The translations under genes and the position numbers were made by a program. The notes beneath the pieces are model-generated. The model saw only the letters and a list, made by a program, of their open reading frames with translations, was not told the DNA's origin and ran no database searches. 64,000 bases of DNA from an uncultured Candidatus Rokubacteria bacterium (GTDB lineage: Bacteria; Methylomirabilota; Methylomirabilia; Rokubacteriales; DASRDR01): contig CAWDVE010000014.1 in NCBI GenBank assembly GCA_963805625.1, positions 128,001-192,000 of the forward strand, written 5' to 3'. Positions 44,928-53,491 of the stretch are shown here, piece after piece; the first letter of the stretch is position 1; each line of letters begins with the position of its first letter.

Positions 44928-46037
44928 TCACGCTGTCCTCTTTCTCGGTCCGCGGCTCCCCCGAGCGGCTGCCGTTTTTCCGTCTCGGCGAGGCCGGCTC
45001 CGAGGCGAGCGGCCTGGAGCGACCGGCGGCCGGACCGTCTCCGGGCGAGCGGACAGCGGGGCGGGCGGGCGGTCCCCATCCTGTTGCGCCAGGATGGTCC
45101 CGAGTATCTGGATGGCCCGCTCGTTGAGCGCACGATCGTCGACGATCACTGGCACTGTGGGCCCTACGAGGTCCCGCACTCGCGCCGCGGCCGCGGTGGG
45201 ACAGACGATCGCGTCCACCCTCCGCACCAGCCGACTCAGCGCCGGGCCCTCGGCCGGGCCCACCTCAACCCGCGTGATGTTCGGCAAGGTCGCGTTGGCG
45301 ATCGAGTGCTCCAGGTTGTGAGCCGTCTCTCGCCCACCGGAGACCACGCCCACTCGCGTTCCTGCCGGTAGCCGGGCCAGTCGGTGGAGAGTCTCCAGAT
45401 GCACCTCGGCGAGAAGCGCGACCACCGGCACCCCCAGTCCGTCCAGCCGGCGCTCCACCTCCGGGAGGTGCCCGAAGCTTGTCACCGCGGCGGCCCAGCG
45501 ATGGGTCCCGGTCTGCCGCCGGACGCTGGTCGCCAGGTCCTTCAGGAGCACCTTGGCCACCCGGACCGGGAGGTGGGCCTGGAGCTCCCGTGCGAAGAAG
45601 TCGAGCTCCGGTTCGCTGCACTCCACGAGGAGGACCTCGGCGGCCTCCCGAAGAACGGCCAGCCCGACGCTGGCCACGCTCAGGACGCCCACGGCCACGT
45701 CGTCGGGGGTCATGCGGAGGGCCGCCGCCCGGATCACCGTGTCCTTCAAGAAGTCTTCCCGCAGGGTCGGAGCCGGGCGGGCCGGCGGCGTCGAGGCCAC
45801 GAATACCCCTTTGCCCCGCCGCGCCTCCACGTATCCGCTCCGCTTGAGATCCTCGATCGCGCGCGCCACCGTGTTCGGGTTGATGCCGAGGAAGCCCGCC
45901 AACTCCCGGATGCTCGGCAAAGCCTGGTCTCGCGGCACGCCGCCGCCCTCGATCACATGCTTCAGCTGCTCCGTCAGCTGCCAGCGGATCGGGATGGGGC
46001 TGTGGGCATCAACACGGAGTCGCGCCGGGATAGTCAT
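44928..46037 (-). CDS. GntR-family regulator (YtrA-like HTH with long C-terminal effector domain)
   Basis: SPIPIRWQL, LPSIRELA..LGINPNTVARA and RRGKGVFV. Start reassigned to MTIPARL. Confidence 0.88.
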   Translation of the reverse strand: MTIPARLRVDAHSPIPIRWQLTEQLKHVIEGGGVPRDQALPSIRELAGFLGINPNTVARAIEDLKRSGYVEARRGKGVFVASTPPARPAPTLREDFLKDTVIRAAALRMTPDDVAVGVLSVASVGLAVLREAAEVLLVECSEPELDFFARELQAHLPVRVAKVLLKDLATSVRRQTGTHRWAAAVTSFGHLPEVERRLDGLGVPVVALLAEVHLETLHRLARLPAGTRVGVVSGGRETAHNLEHSIANATLPNITRVEVGPAEGPALSRLVRRVDAIVCPTAAAARVRDLVGPTVPVIVDDRALNERAIQILGTILAQQDGDRPPAPLSARPETVRPPVAPGRSPRSRPRRDGKTAAARGSRGPRKRTA

Positions 46038-46079
46038 ACTGTATGAGTGACATAGTACAGTATGCACAATTCCCGTCAA
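46035..46079 (-). promoter_or_regulatory. GntR autoregulatory operator CATACTGTA-N12-TACAGTATG and promoter TTGACG-N16-TACTAT
   Basis: Perfect 9-bp inverted repeat overlapping the start codon and the -10 box. Confidence 0.7.
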
Positions 46080-46465
46080 GGGTGAAAAAGTCGACTCGGC
46101 GGGGCCCGGAGCCCGTGACGTGCGCGGCCGCGGGGTGCCACCACTCCTGGCTTCGGAGTTGGCTTGGGAGTCGGCGCGGGCGCATCCAGAACCGAGAAGC
46201 CCGCCGGGTTGACCGGGGCACCCCCGGAAAGGAAGTATCCTGGGAGTAGGTCCCAGACCTCGAACGCCGGACGAAACCTGGGTCGCCTCGCCGCCCCAGA
46301 AGCGGACGGCAAGGCCCGTTCGCGCAGCCCTTCGCTCGGTTACATCGGGATCGACGGGACGCCGGCGATCAGCGTCTTCGTGTCGGAGCAGGACCGAGGC
46401 GCGGTCCAAGTGAGGCCGACCTCGCCTGAGGCACCCCGGTGGTCATCCGAACGGGCCGGCCGCTC

Positions 46466-46882
46466 TTAGCCCGACGACGGGAACGCCGACGGGCGAGATG
46501 ACCCGCGCAGCGGCAAGAGCCGCCAGCGGCCGTAGGCGACGAACGCCGCGAGGAGTCCCACCACCAGCGGGATCAGCGCGGGCGCTGGACCCATGGTCGC
46601 CAGCGTGATCCCCGTCGCCCCGATCATGATGAGCACCAATCCGGCGGCGGCCAGCGGTGTCAGACCCGGCCGGATGTGCAGGAGACCGGGCAGGATCAGT
46701 CCGATCGCGCCGAGCACCTCGGCGATCCCGAGGAGCCGCAGGAAGAGGCCCGGCAGCGCCACGTCCTTTGTCATCTCCTCGATCGGCAGGATCAGCTTCG
46801 TGGCCCCGGCGAATAGAAAGGTGAACGCGAGCAGTCCCTGCACGATCCACAGTGTGCAGGTCAGACGCTTTGCTTCTGCCAT
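46466..46882 (-). CDS. DoxX-family membrane protein
   Basis: WIVQGLLA..FLFAG..KL, GIAEVLGAIGLILP and LTPLAAAGL. Confidence 0.88.
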   Translation of the reverse strand: MAEAKRLTCTLWIVQGLLAFTFLFAGATKLILPIEEMTKDVALPGLFLRLLGIAEVLGAIGLILPGLLHIRPGLTPLAAAGLVLIMIGATGITLATMGPAPALIPLVVGLLAAFVAYGRWRLLPLRGSSRPSAFPSSG

Positions 46883-47103
46883 CCTTCTTCTCCTTGGTCA
46901 GTCCGGTCGGCTCCGCAGCGAGCGGAGCCGCATTGGCAGGCCAGCCCCGCCAAGTCGGATCGCATCGGCCAGCCGACTACTGAGCGAACTCCGTCCCGCC
47001 TCGGGCCCGGCGGGCACCATCGCCGGCAAGTCTTCTGGCAGCTCGGCGGAGCCCGCACCGTCGTACGCGGGCGGGACCGGCTCCCGTTCGGCGAATCGCC
47101 ACT

Positions 47104-47643
47104 CTATGCCCTGGGAACCGCTTCCGCCACCGCTTTCATCTGCGCCAGCCCCTTCTCGAACTGGCCGCCGATCATCTTGTCCATGCTCATGAACAGGCAA
47201 AGAGCCTTGGCGATGAAGTTGTTCTTGCCGGTCATGCTCCACGTGACGGCGGTCTGGTCGCCCTCGGGCTTGAAGGTGAACTCCGCGGTGCTGGTGCCCG
47301 CGAAGGGCTTCAAGAACTTGAGGTCGATCGTGATCAGGTCGTTCGGGCGGCTCTCCGTCATCGTCATGCGCCCTTCGCCCACCTCGGAGTTGCCGATCCA
47401 CGTGTAGATGGCGCCGGCTCCGGCGGGCGCGCCCTCGTAGGTCTGCTTGATCGCCGGATCGAGCTTCGCCCACGGATTCCAGGCTTCCCACTTGTGGAAG
47501 TCGTTCACCTGCGCGAACACGGCCGGCGCCGGGGCGGCGATGGTGGTCGTCCTCGCGATGCGGAACTCGGACGGCTGCATGGCCACGAGGCCGAGGAACG
47601 CGATGACGATCACCGCGAGACCGATGAAGATCTTCTTCAGCAT
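47104..47643 (-). CDS. SRPBCC/polyketide cyclase-like protein
   Basis: VNDFHKWEAWNPW..LDP, GNSEVGEG and LKFLKPF...EKGLAQMK. Confidence 0.88.
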   Translation of the reverse strand: MLKKIFIGLAVIVIAFLGLVAMQPSEFRIARTTTIAAPAPAVFAQVNDFHKWEAWNPWAKLDPAIKQTYEGAPAGAGAIYTWIGNSEVGEGRMTMTESRPNDLITIDLKFLKPFAGTSTAEFTFKPEGDQTAVTWSMTGKNNFIAKALCLFMSMDKMIGGQFEKGLAQMKAVAEAVPRA

Positions 47644-47677
47644 GGTAATTCTTCTCCGGGCTGGCTTGGGGCCGACG

Positions 47678-48112
47678 CTACGGGGTCCTTCGGTCATGGC
47701 TCCGCCCCGATGCTCGTCGATCGCCGAGGGACACCGCCACCGCCGGTGGCGGATGCAGCTCCGTCGGCAGACCAGGTATCTCGATGACCGGCCGGACTTC
47801 GACGGTGCCACGGCGGGCCATCGGAATCCGTGCGGCGATGGCGATCGCCTCGTCGAGATCCCGGGCCTCGACCAGGAAGTAGCCGCCCAGCTGCTCCCGA
47901 GTCTCCGCGAACGGACCGTCTGTCACGAGTCGTCTGCCGTCGCGCACCCGCACGCTGGCCGCCATCGACGTGGGGTGCAGCGGGGCGGCCGCGAGATACT
48001 GCCCGGCGGATTCGAGCTCGTGCGCCAGCTCGGTGGACTCGCGGTAGCACTGCTCCCGCTCGGACTCGTCCAGGGCCCTCTCGGCCAGGTAGATCAGCAG
48101 CATGTACTTCAT
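47678..48112 (-). CDS. YciI/DGPF-domain protein
   Basis: MKYMLLIY...TDGPFAETREQLGGY...VEVRP. Confidence 0.9.
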   Translation of the reverse strand: MKYMLLIYLAERALDESEREQCYRESTELAHELESAGQYLAAAPLHPTSMAASVRVRDGRRLVTDGPFAETREQLGGYFLVEARDLDEAIAIAARIPMARRGTVEVRPVIEIPGLPTELHPPPAVAVSLGDRRASGRSHDRRTP

Positions 48113-48136
48113 GCGTTGGCCTCCATTGTCGCCATG

Positions 48137-48433
48137 CTAGCCGCCCGCCATGGCGCCGACGATCAGGAAGGGCTCGACTCCCCTCGCGACCGTGTCGGGC
48201 AGCGGGGCGTCCGCTGGCTCGTGAGACAGGTCCTGCTCGCAGGCGAAGAACCTCACGAACGCTCGGCGCTGCTGCGTGACGTGATCGCGAATCGTCCCGC
48301 GCAGCATCGGATAGGAAGCCTCCAGGGTGTCGAGCACCGAGCGCTGCGTCACCGGGCCCTCGACGTCGAGTTTCACTTCACCGTCGACGTGCGCGAGCGT
48401 CCGCAGATGTGCCGGAAGCACGACCCGGATCAT
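48137..48433 (-). CDS. MoaD/ThiS-like ubiquitin-fold protein
   Basis: [11 protein letters not shown]...RRAFVRFF...AMAGG with C-terminal Gly-Gly. Overlaps the upstream stop. Confidence 0.85.
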   Translation of the reverse strand: MIRVVLPAHLRTLAHVDGEVKLDVEGPVTQRSVLDTLEASYPMLRGTIRDHVTQQRRAFVRFFACEQDLSHEPADAPLPDTVARGVEPFLIVGAMAGG

Positions 48434-49617
48434 GACAGCGTCTGGACCTCGACGGACACCACGGACGGTAGATCTCGGACGATGGGCGCCCAGCGGTCCC
48501 CCGCGTCGGCCGAGACGTAGACCTGCCCGCCGGTGGTGCCGAAGTACACGCCGCACGGATCGAGCGCGTCGACGGCCATGGCGTCGCGCAGCACGTTGAC
48601 GTAGCAGTTGCGCTGCGGCAGGCCGTTCGTGAGCGCCTCCCACTCGCCGCCGCCCGTCCGGCTGCGGTACACGCGCAGCTTGCCGTCCGGCGGGTAGTGC
48701 AGGGAGTCGCTCGTGATCGGGACGACGTAGACGGTCTCCGGCTCGTGCGCGTGCACGTCGATCGGGAAGCCGAAGTCGGTCGGCAGGTTCCCGCTGACCT
48801 CTCGCCACGACTCCCCGGCGTCGTCGCTGCGCATGACGTCCCAGTGCTTCTGCATGAACAGGACGTCCGGGCGCGATCGGCTCATCGCGATGCGGTGAAC
48901 GCAGTGGCCGACCTCGGCCGTGGGGTTCGGGATGTACAGCGAATGGAGGCCCCGATTGATCGGCCGCCAGGTCTTTCCCGCATCGTCGCTGCGGAATGTG
49001 CCCGCCGCCGAGATGGCGACGAAGATCCGTCCGGGATGGCGCGGATCCAGGAGGATCGTGTGGAGGCACATCCCCCCGGCGCCCGGCTGCCAGGAGGGCC
49101 CCGAGCCGTGGCCGCGCAGTCCGGCGAGCTCCTGCCACGTCGTGCCCCCGTCGGTCGAGCGGAACAGGGCGGCGTCCTCGATCCCGGCGTAGACGGTGTC
49201 CGGATCGGTGAGCGATGGCTCCAGATGCCAGACGCGCTTGAACTCCCACGGATGCGGGGTGCCGTCGTACCACTGGTGCGTGGTCAGGGGCTTGCCGGTC
49301 CCGGGAGACGTGTCGTACACGAACTTGTTGCTCTCGCCCTTGGGCATGCCCTCCGGGGTGGTGGTCGGCTCGCCGGGGGGCGTTCCAGGTTGGAACCAGG
49401 TCTTGCCTCCGTCGTCCGAGCGCTGAATGATCTGCCCGAACCAGCCACTGGACTGCGACGCGTACAGCCGGTTCGGGTCAGCGGGAGACCCCTTGAGGTG
49501 GTAGATCTCCCAGCCGGCAAAGTGTGGCCCACTGACCTCCCACCGGTCTCGCTTGGCGTCCGCCGTCAGGACGAACGCGCCCTTTCGGGTACCAACCAGG
49601 ACTCGTACCTCGCTCAT
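48430..49617 (-). CDS. BNR/Asp-box beta-propeller (sialidase-like) protein
   Basis: Repeated RSxDGGxTW Asp boxes and [10 protein letters not shown]-terminus. Confidence 0.88.
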   Translation of the reverse strand: MSEVRVLVGTRKGAFVLTADAKRDRWEVSGPHFAGWEIYHLKGSPADPNRLYASQSSGWFGQIIQRSDDGGKTWFQPGTPPGEPTTTPEGMPKGESNKFVYDTSPGTGKPLTTHQWYDGTPHPWEFKRVWHLEPSLTDPDTVYAGIEDAALFRSTDGGTTWQELAGLRGHGSGPSWQPGAGGMCLHTILLDPRHPGRIFVAISAAGTFRSDDAGKTWRPINRGLHSLYIPNPTAEVGHCVHRIAMSRSRPDVLFMQKHWDVMRSDDAGESWREVSGNLPTDFGFPIDVHAHEPETVYVVPITSDSLHYPPDGKLRVYRSRTGGGEWEALTNGLPQRNCYVNVLRDAMAVDALDPCGVYFGTTGGQVYVSADAGDRWAPIVRDLPSVVSVEVQTLS

Positions 49618-49715
49618 TCCTTGCTCCTTCCCGAGCTTTGCAGAGATTCACGGCCGGCCAGAGTCACGCCCATCCGATGCCACACGCAGGGCACCCGGGC
49701 GCCTTCTCTCACTGT

Positions 49716-49745
49716 ATAGTCGAACGACCCGGCTGGAGATCGACA
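49716..49745 (-). promoter_or_regulatory. ECF42-type promoter TGTCGA-N17-CGACTAT
   Basis: Upstream of the BNR-MoaD-YciI-SRPBCC-DoxX operon. Confidence 0.7.
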
Positions 49746-49986
49746 CTCCGGGGGCGTGGGCCCCGGACAGCTGGGGGGGCCGCGGCCTCTACCCCTCCCT
49801 CGCGGGCGGCCAGGGCAGGGCATCCCCTGCGACGAGGTCCAGGAGCGCAACCTTGCCGCGTCCAGCGGCGGCGCGGGACGGGGGCTAGCCGAAAGCCATT
49901 CCGGGCACAACCGCAAAGACCCTGCAGCCCGGTGTGTTCCGTCGTCATGGGGCATCCAGGTGCCGCCTTCGCTCTCGGCTGGCACC

Positions 49987-50016
49987 TGTCGATTCTGCGC
50001 CCGCCCGAGCGACTAT
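49987..50016 (+). promoter_or_regulatory. ECF42-type promoter TGTCGA-N17-CGACTAT
   Basis: Upstream of the DUF1428 gene. Confidence 0.7.
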
Positions 50017-50233
50017 CTGGCGTGCACGGGGAAACAATCACGCATCGGAAACGATCACGCATCGGTGCCTGGTCCCCTTGAAGGAGACGGGGCCGGCCGC
50101 CCTGCCCTCGCGGGTCGGCCGGGCGACCATGGCCTCGGGCTTCGCTCCGCGAGTGAGCCCGCGGCGGAGTGGGCGCGCCAGCAGGTAAGAACCGTCGCCC
50201 GCTCCGAGGACCTCACCCTACCAGGGAGGAATC

Positions 50234-50593
50234 ATGCGTTACGTTGACGGCTACGTGTTGCCCGTACCGAGGAAGAATCTGGAAGCGTACGTCCGCATCG
50301 CCCGAAAGGCCGGCAAGATCTGGCGGGAGCACGGCGCGCTCGAGTACCGCGAGTGTGTCGGCGATGACCTCAAGGTGAAGTGGGGGGTGGGGTTCCCGCG
50401 AATGGCCAGGGCCAAGCTCGGCGAGACGGTGGTGTTCTCGTGGGTCGTGTTCAAGTCGCGCACCCATCGCGATCGGGTCAACGCAAAGGTGATGAAGGAC
50501 CCGCGGCTCACGAGCATGGTGGATGACACGTCGATGCCCTTCGACATCAAGCGCATGGGTTACGGCGGATTCAAGATCCTGGTCGACGCCTGA
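50234..50593 (+). CDS. DUF1428 family protein
   Basis: YVDGYVLPVP, EHGALEYRECVGDD, ETVVFSW and MPFDIKRMGYGGF. Confidence 0.9.
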   Translation: MRYVDGYVLPVPRKNLEAYVRIARKAGKIWREHGALEYRECVGDDLKVKWGVGFPRMARAKLGETVVFSWVVFKSRTHRDRVNAKVMKDPRLTSMVDDTSMPFDIKRMGYGGFKILVDA

Positions 50594-50747
50594 GCGTGCG
50601 ATAGGCGTCCTCACGGCCACTTGACGAGGCCTGCGGCGCGCCCCCGGTGGCCGGGACCCGGGAGTGGACTCCTGCCGCAGGTGAGAGGCCGGGGCGAAGG
50701 GGGAGTGCCCGCGACGCGAGCGCGCGAGCTTCCCCCTCGCCCGGTGG

Positions 50748-51143
50748 TCAGGCCGCCTTCTCGTCCGTCTGCCAGATTCCGAAGGCGTTCCCCTCGGTGT
50801 CCTTCAGCCACACGAACCAGCCCATCCCCTTCACCGGGGTCTTGGGCATGATCTCCTGGGCGCCGAGCCGTTTTGCCTTCTTGGCGTACTCATCGACGCT
50901 CTCGACGCCGATGTAGTTCACCGGCGGGTGCCCGGCGTGCTGGCGGCGCATGAGCCCGCCGTTCACGCCGGGGCGGGTGGGCATGCCCTTCCCGTCCATC
51001 GGGACGGTCGAAACCATCCAGTACTCGGGACCGCTTTCCGAAGCCCACTTCTGGATCTCCCAGCCGAAGAGCTCGCGGTAGAACTTCGTCGCCCGCTCCG
51101 GGTCGTCTGCCGGAATCTCGAAGTGCACGATTGTGTGATCCAT
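50748..51143 (-). CDS. VOC/glyoxalase family protein
   Basis: IVHFEIPADDPERA..FY..LFGW and DTEGNAFGIWQ. Confidence 0.9.
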   Translation of the reverse strand: MDHTIVHFEIPADDPERATKFYRELFGWEIQKWASESGPEYWMVSTVPMDGKGMPTRPGVNGGLMRRQHAGHPPVNYIGVESVDEYAKKAKRLGAQEIMPKTPVKGMGWFVWLKDTEGNAFGIWQTDEKAA

Positions 51144-51258
51144 TTTTCCGCTCTCCCCTCCTGAGGTTCGCCCGATCCCGGGAGTCGGCCGCGCTCATTG
51201 GGCACAGGGTGACCAACCACCGCGGCACGTCCTCGCTGCGGGAGCCTTCCTTCACTCT

Positions 51259-51288
51259 ATGGTCGATTGGACCGACGTGAAATCGACA
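51259..51288 (-). promoter_or_regulatory. ECF42-type promoter TGTCGA-N17-CGACCAT
   Basis: Upstream of the VOC gene. Confidence 0.68.
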
Positions 51289-51538
51289 GCCTCGGCGAAT
51301 GCGAGGACGGCGCATGGCGGAGGGTCGGCGTTCCCAGGAGGGGGCGAAACCGTCGACACGGTCGAAGCGCCGACGTCGTCCTCTCCGGTGACCTGCCACC
51401 CCGGCGTCGGGTATCCTTGGTCGGAGTGGGGACTCTCTCGCGGGGCGCGGTCAATCCAGAACCGCGCGTGGACCACCGTTTCCCTCTCGAACCCCGCCGG
51501 GGGTCGTCCTGGAAGGCCGGCGCGCTCGGCCGACCCGG

Positions 51539-51569
51539 TGTCGATTTGAGGCTCCCCCCGAACGACAAT
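51539..51569 (+). promoter_or_regulatory. ECF42-type autoregulatory promoter TGTCGA-N18-CGACAAT
   Basis: Upstream of the YciI-sigma operon. Confidence 0.65.
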
Positions 51570-51617
51570 CCGGTGTCCATGGCCGCTGACCCCTGACCCT
51601 GAACCAGGAGGGAGATC

Positions 51618-51968
51618 ATGAGGTACCTGTGCCTGATCTACGCCGAGGAGAAGAGGGTGGGTGCCATGACCAAGGCCGAGTCGGATGCCTTCACAGGCGA
51701 GTACTTCGCCTTCACTGAGGCGATCCGGAAGAGTGGCCACCTCCTCGGGGGGGAGGCCCTGGAACCCGTTCACGCTGCCACGACCCTGCGCATGCGGAAC
51801 GGCAAGATGTCCACTACCGACGGCCCCTTCGCGGAGACGAAGGAGCAGCTGGGCGGGTTCTACCTCATCAAGGCCCGGGACCTGAACGAGGCTATCCAGG
51901 TGGCCTCGAGGATCCCGTCGGCGCGCCTGGGGAGCATCGAGATACGGCCGATCCGGGAGTTCGAGTAG
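51618..51968 (+). CDS. YciI/DGPF-domain protein
   Basis: TDGPFAETKEQLGGFY. Confidence 0.92.
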   Translation: MRYLCLIYAEEKRVGAMTKAESDAFTGEYFAFTEAIRKSGHLLGGEALEPVHAATTLRMRNGKMSTTDGPFAETKEQLGGFYLIKARDLNEAIQVASRIPSARLGSIEIRPIREFE

Positions 51969-51983
51969 TCGTGGCCGGGAGCC

Positions 51984-53243
51984 TTGCTGGTGAGTGAGGA
52001 CGCGGCCGAACGGATACGGGACAGGGTGGAGGCAATCTATCGTTCCGAGTCGCGCCGCGTGCTGGCCACCCTCATCCGCCTCCTCGGCGACTTCGACCTG
52101 GCCGAGGAGGCGCTCCACGAGGCCTTCGCAGCCGCGGTCGAGCAATGGCCGCGGGACGGCACACCGACCAATCCTCGTGCGTGGCTCGTCTCGGCCGGCC
52201 GCTTCAAGGCCATCGACAGCCTGCGCCGGCGCGCCCGGTTCGACGCGTCGCTGGGGGATCTCGCCGAGCAGCTCGACGCCGACGCGCACGAGGCCGCGGA
52301 GCGGGAGGCCGAAGACGTCGAAGACGACCGCCTGCGGCTGATCTTCACCTGCTGCCATCCCGCCTTGCCGCCGGCCGCCCAGGTGGCGCTGACGCTGCGC
52401 GAGGTGTGCGGCCTCACGACCGAGGAGATCGCGCACGCCTTCCTCAGCGCGCCGACGGCGGTGGCCCAGCGAATCGTGCGCGCCAAGGCGAAGATCCGGG
52501 ACGCGCGGATCCCCTATCAGGTGCCGGCCCGAGCCGACCTGCCGGACCGGCTCGACACGGTGCTCCACGTGATCTACTTGGTGTTCAACGAGGGATACTT
52601 CGCGTCCTCCGGCGCCTCGCTGACGCGGCACGATCTCTCGGGCGAGGCCATCCGGCTGGGGCGGCTCCTAATCGAGCTGCTGCCGGAGCCTGAGGCGGCG
52701 GGGCTCCTTGCGCTGATGTTGCTCCACGAATCGCGGCGCCCCGCGCGGACCTCGCCAGACGGCGAGCTGGTCCTGCTGGACGCGCAGGACCGCTCGCTCT
52801 GGAATCAGGCGCAGATCGCGGAGGGCTCAGCGCTGGTGGGACGCGCGCTCTCCTCGCGTCGCATCGGGCCCTACACGCTCCAGGCGGCGATCGCGGCGGT
52901 GCACGCCCAGGCGCCCACCGCCGCCGCGACGGATTGGTCCCAGATCGTCGGCCTGTACGACGTGCTGATGCGGGCCGATCCGTCGCCGGTCATCGAGCTG
53001 AACCGTGCGGCGGCGGTGTCGATGCGCGACGGCCCTCTGGCGGGCCTGGTTCTCATCGACGCGATCCTCGCGCGAGGCGACCTGACGGACTACCATCTGG
53101 TCCACTCGGCGCGGGCGGACCTGTGCCGGCGGCTGGGACGAACGACGGAAGCCCGCGCCGCCTACGCACGCGCCCTCGAGCTGACACGGCAGGAGCCGGA
53201 GCGGCGCTTTCTCGAACGACGCCTGCGCGAGCTCAGGGGCTGA
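51984..53243 (+). CDS. ECF sigma factor with C-terminal TPR extension (ECF42 group)
   Basis: DFDLAEEA, NPRAWL, DDRLRLIFTCCHPAL, YLVFNEGY, QDRSLW and GPYTLQAAIAAVH. Directly after a DGPF gene. Start uncertain by a few codons. Confidence 0.88.
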   Translation: MLVSEDAAERIRDRVEAIYRSESRRVLATLIRLLGDFDLAEEALHEAFAAAVEQWPRDGTPTNPRAWLVSAGRFKAIDSLRRRARFDASLGDLAEQLDADAHEAAEREAEDVEDDRLRLIFTCCHPALPPAAQVALTLREVCGLTTEEIAHAFLSAPTAVAQRIVRAKAKIRDARIPYQVPARADLPDRLDTVLHVIYLVFNEGYFASSGASLTRHDLSGEAIRLGRLLIELLPEPEAAGLLALMLLHESRRPARTSPDGELVLLDAQDRSLWNQAQIAEGSALVGRALSSRRIGPYTLQAAIAAVHAQAPTAAATDWSQIVGLYDVLMRADPSPVIELNRAAAVSMRDGPLAGLVLIDAILARGDLTDYHLVHSARADLCRRLGRTTEARAAYARALELTRQEPERRFLERRLRELRG

Positions 53244-53491
53244 GCGACTGCCTTGCGTGTCAAGCGGGTCGCCATGGGCGAAGGTCGCATGCCCGCGGAG
53301 CAGCTGCGCCGGGCGCGGTCGCCGGGCCGCCGGGATCGGGCACCACTCCTGGCCTCCGGGATCTCCGCCTCGGAAGATCCCTCTCACCGGAGCCTGGCGC
53401 CCGCCGAGACGGTCCGGCGAGCCCGTCCCCGATGACGCCCACGCGATCGTAACAAGCAGCCGCGCGGCGAGCGTGTCCGGACGATCCGCGA

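Noticed and set aside
46090-46445. Possible ncRNA or decayed gene between GntR and DoxX
   Set aside because: No recognisable RNA family or protein motif could be supported.
50030-50063. 17-bp tandem duplication ggaaac(a/g)atcacgcatc
   Set aside because: Only two copies in a 5' leader, with no further structure to support a function.
51353-51358. Extra TGTCGA hexamer (minus strand)
   Set aside because: No CGAC/CGTC box at 16-18 bp spacing.
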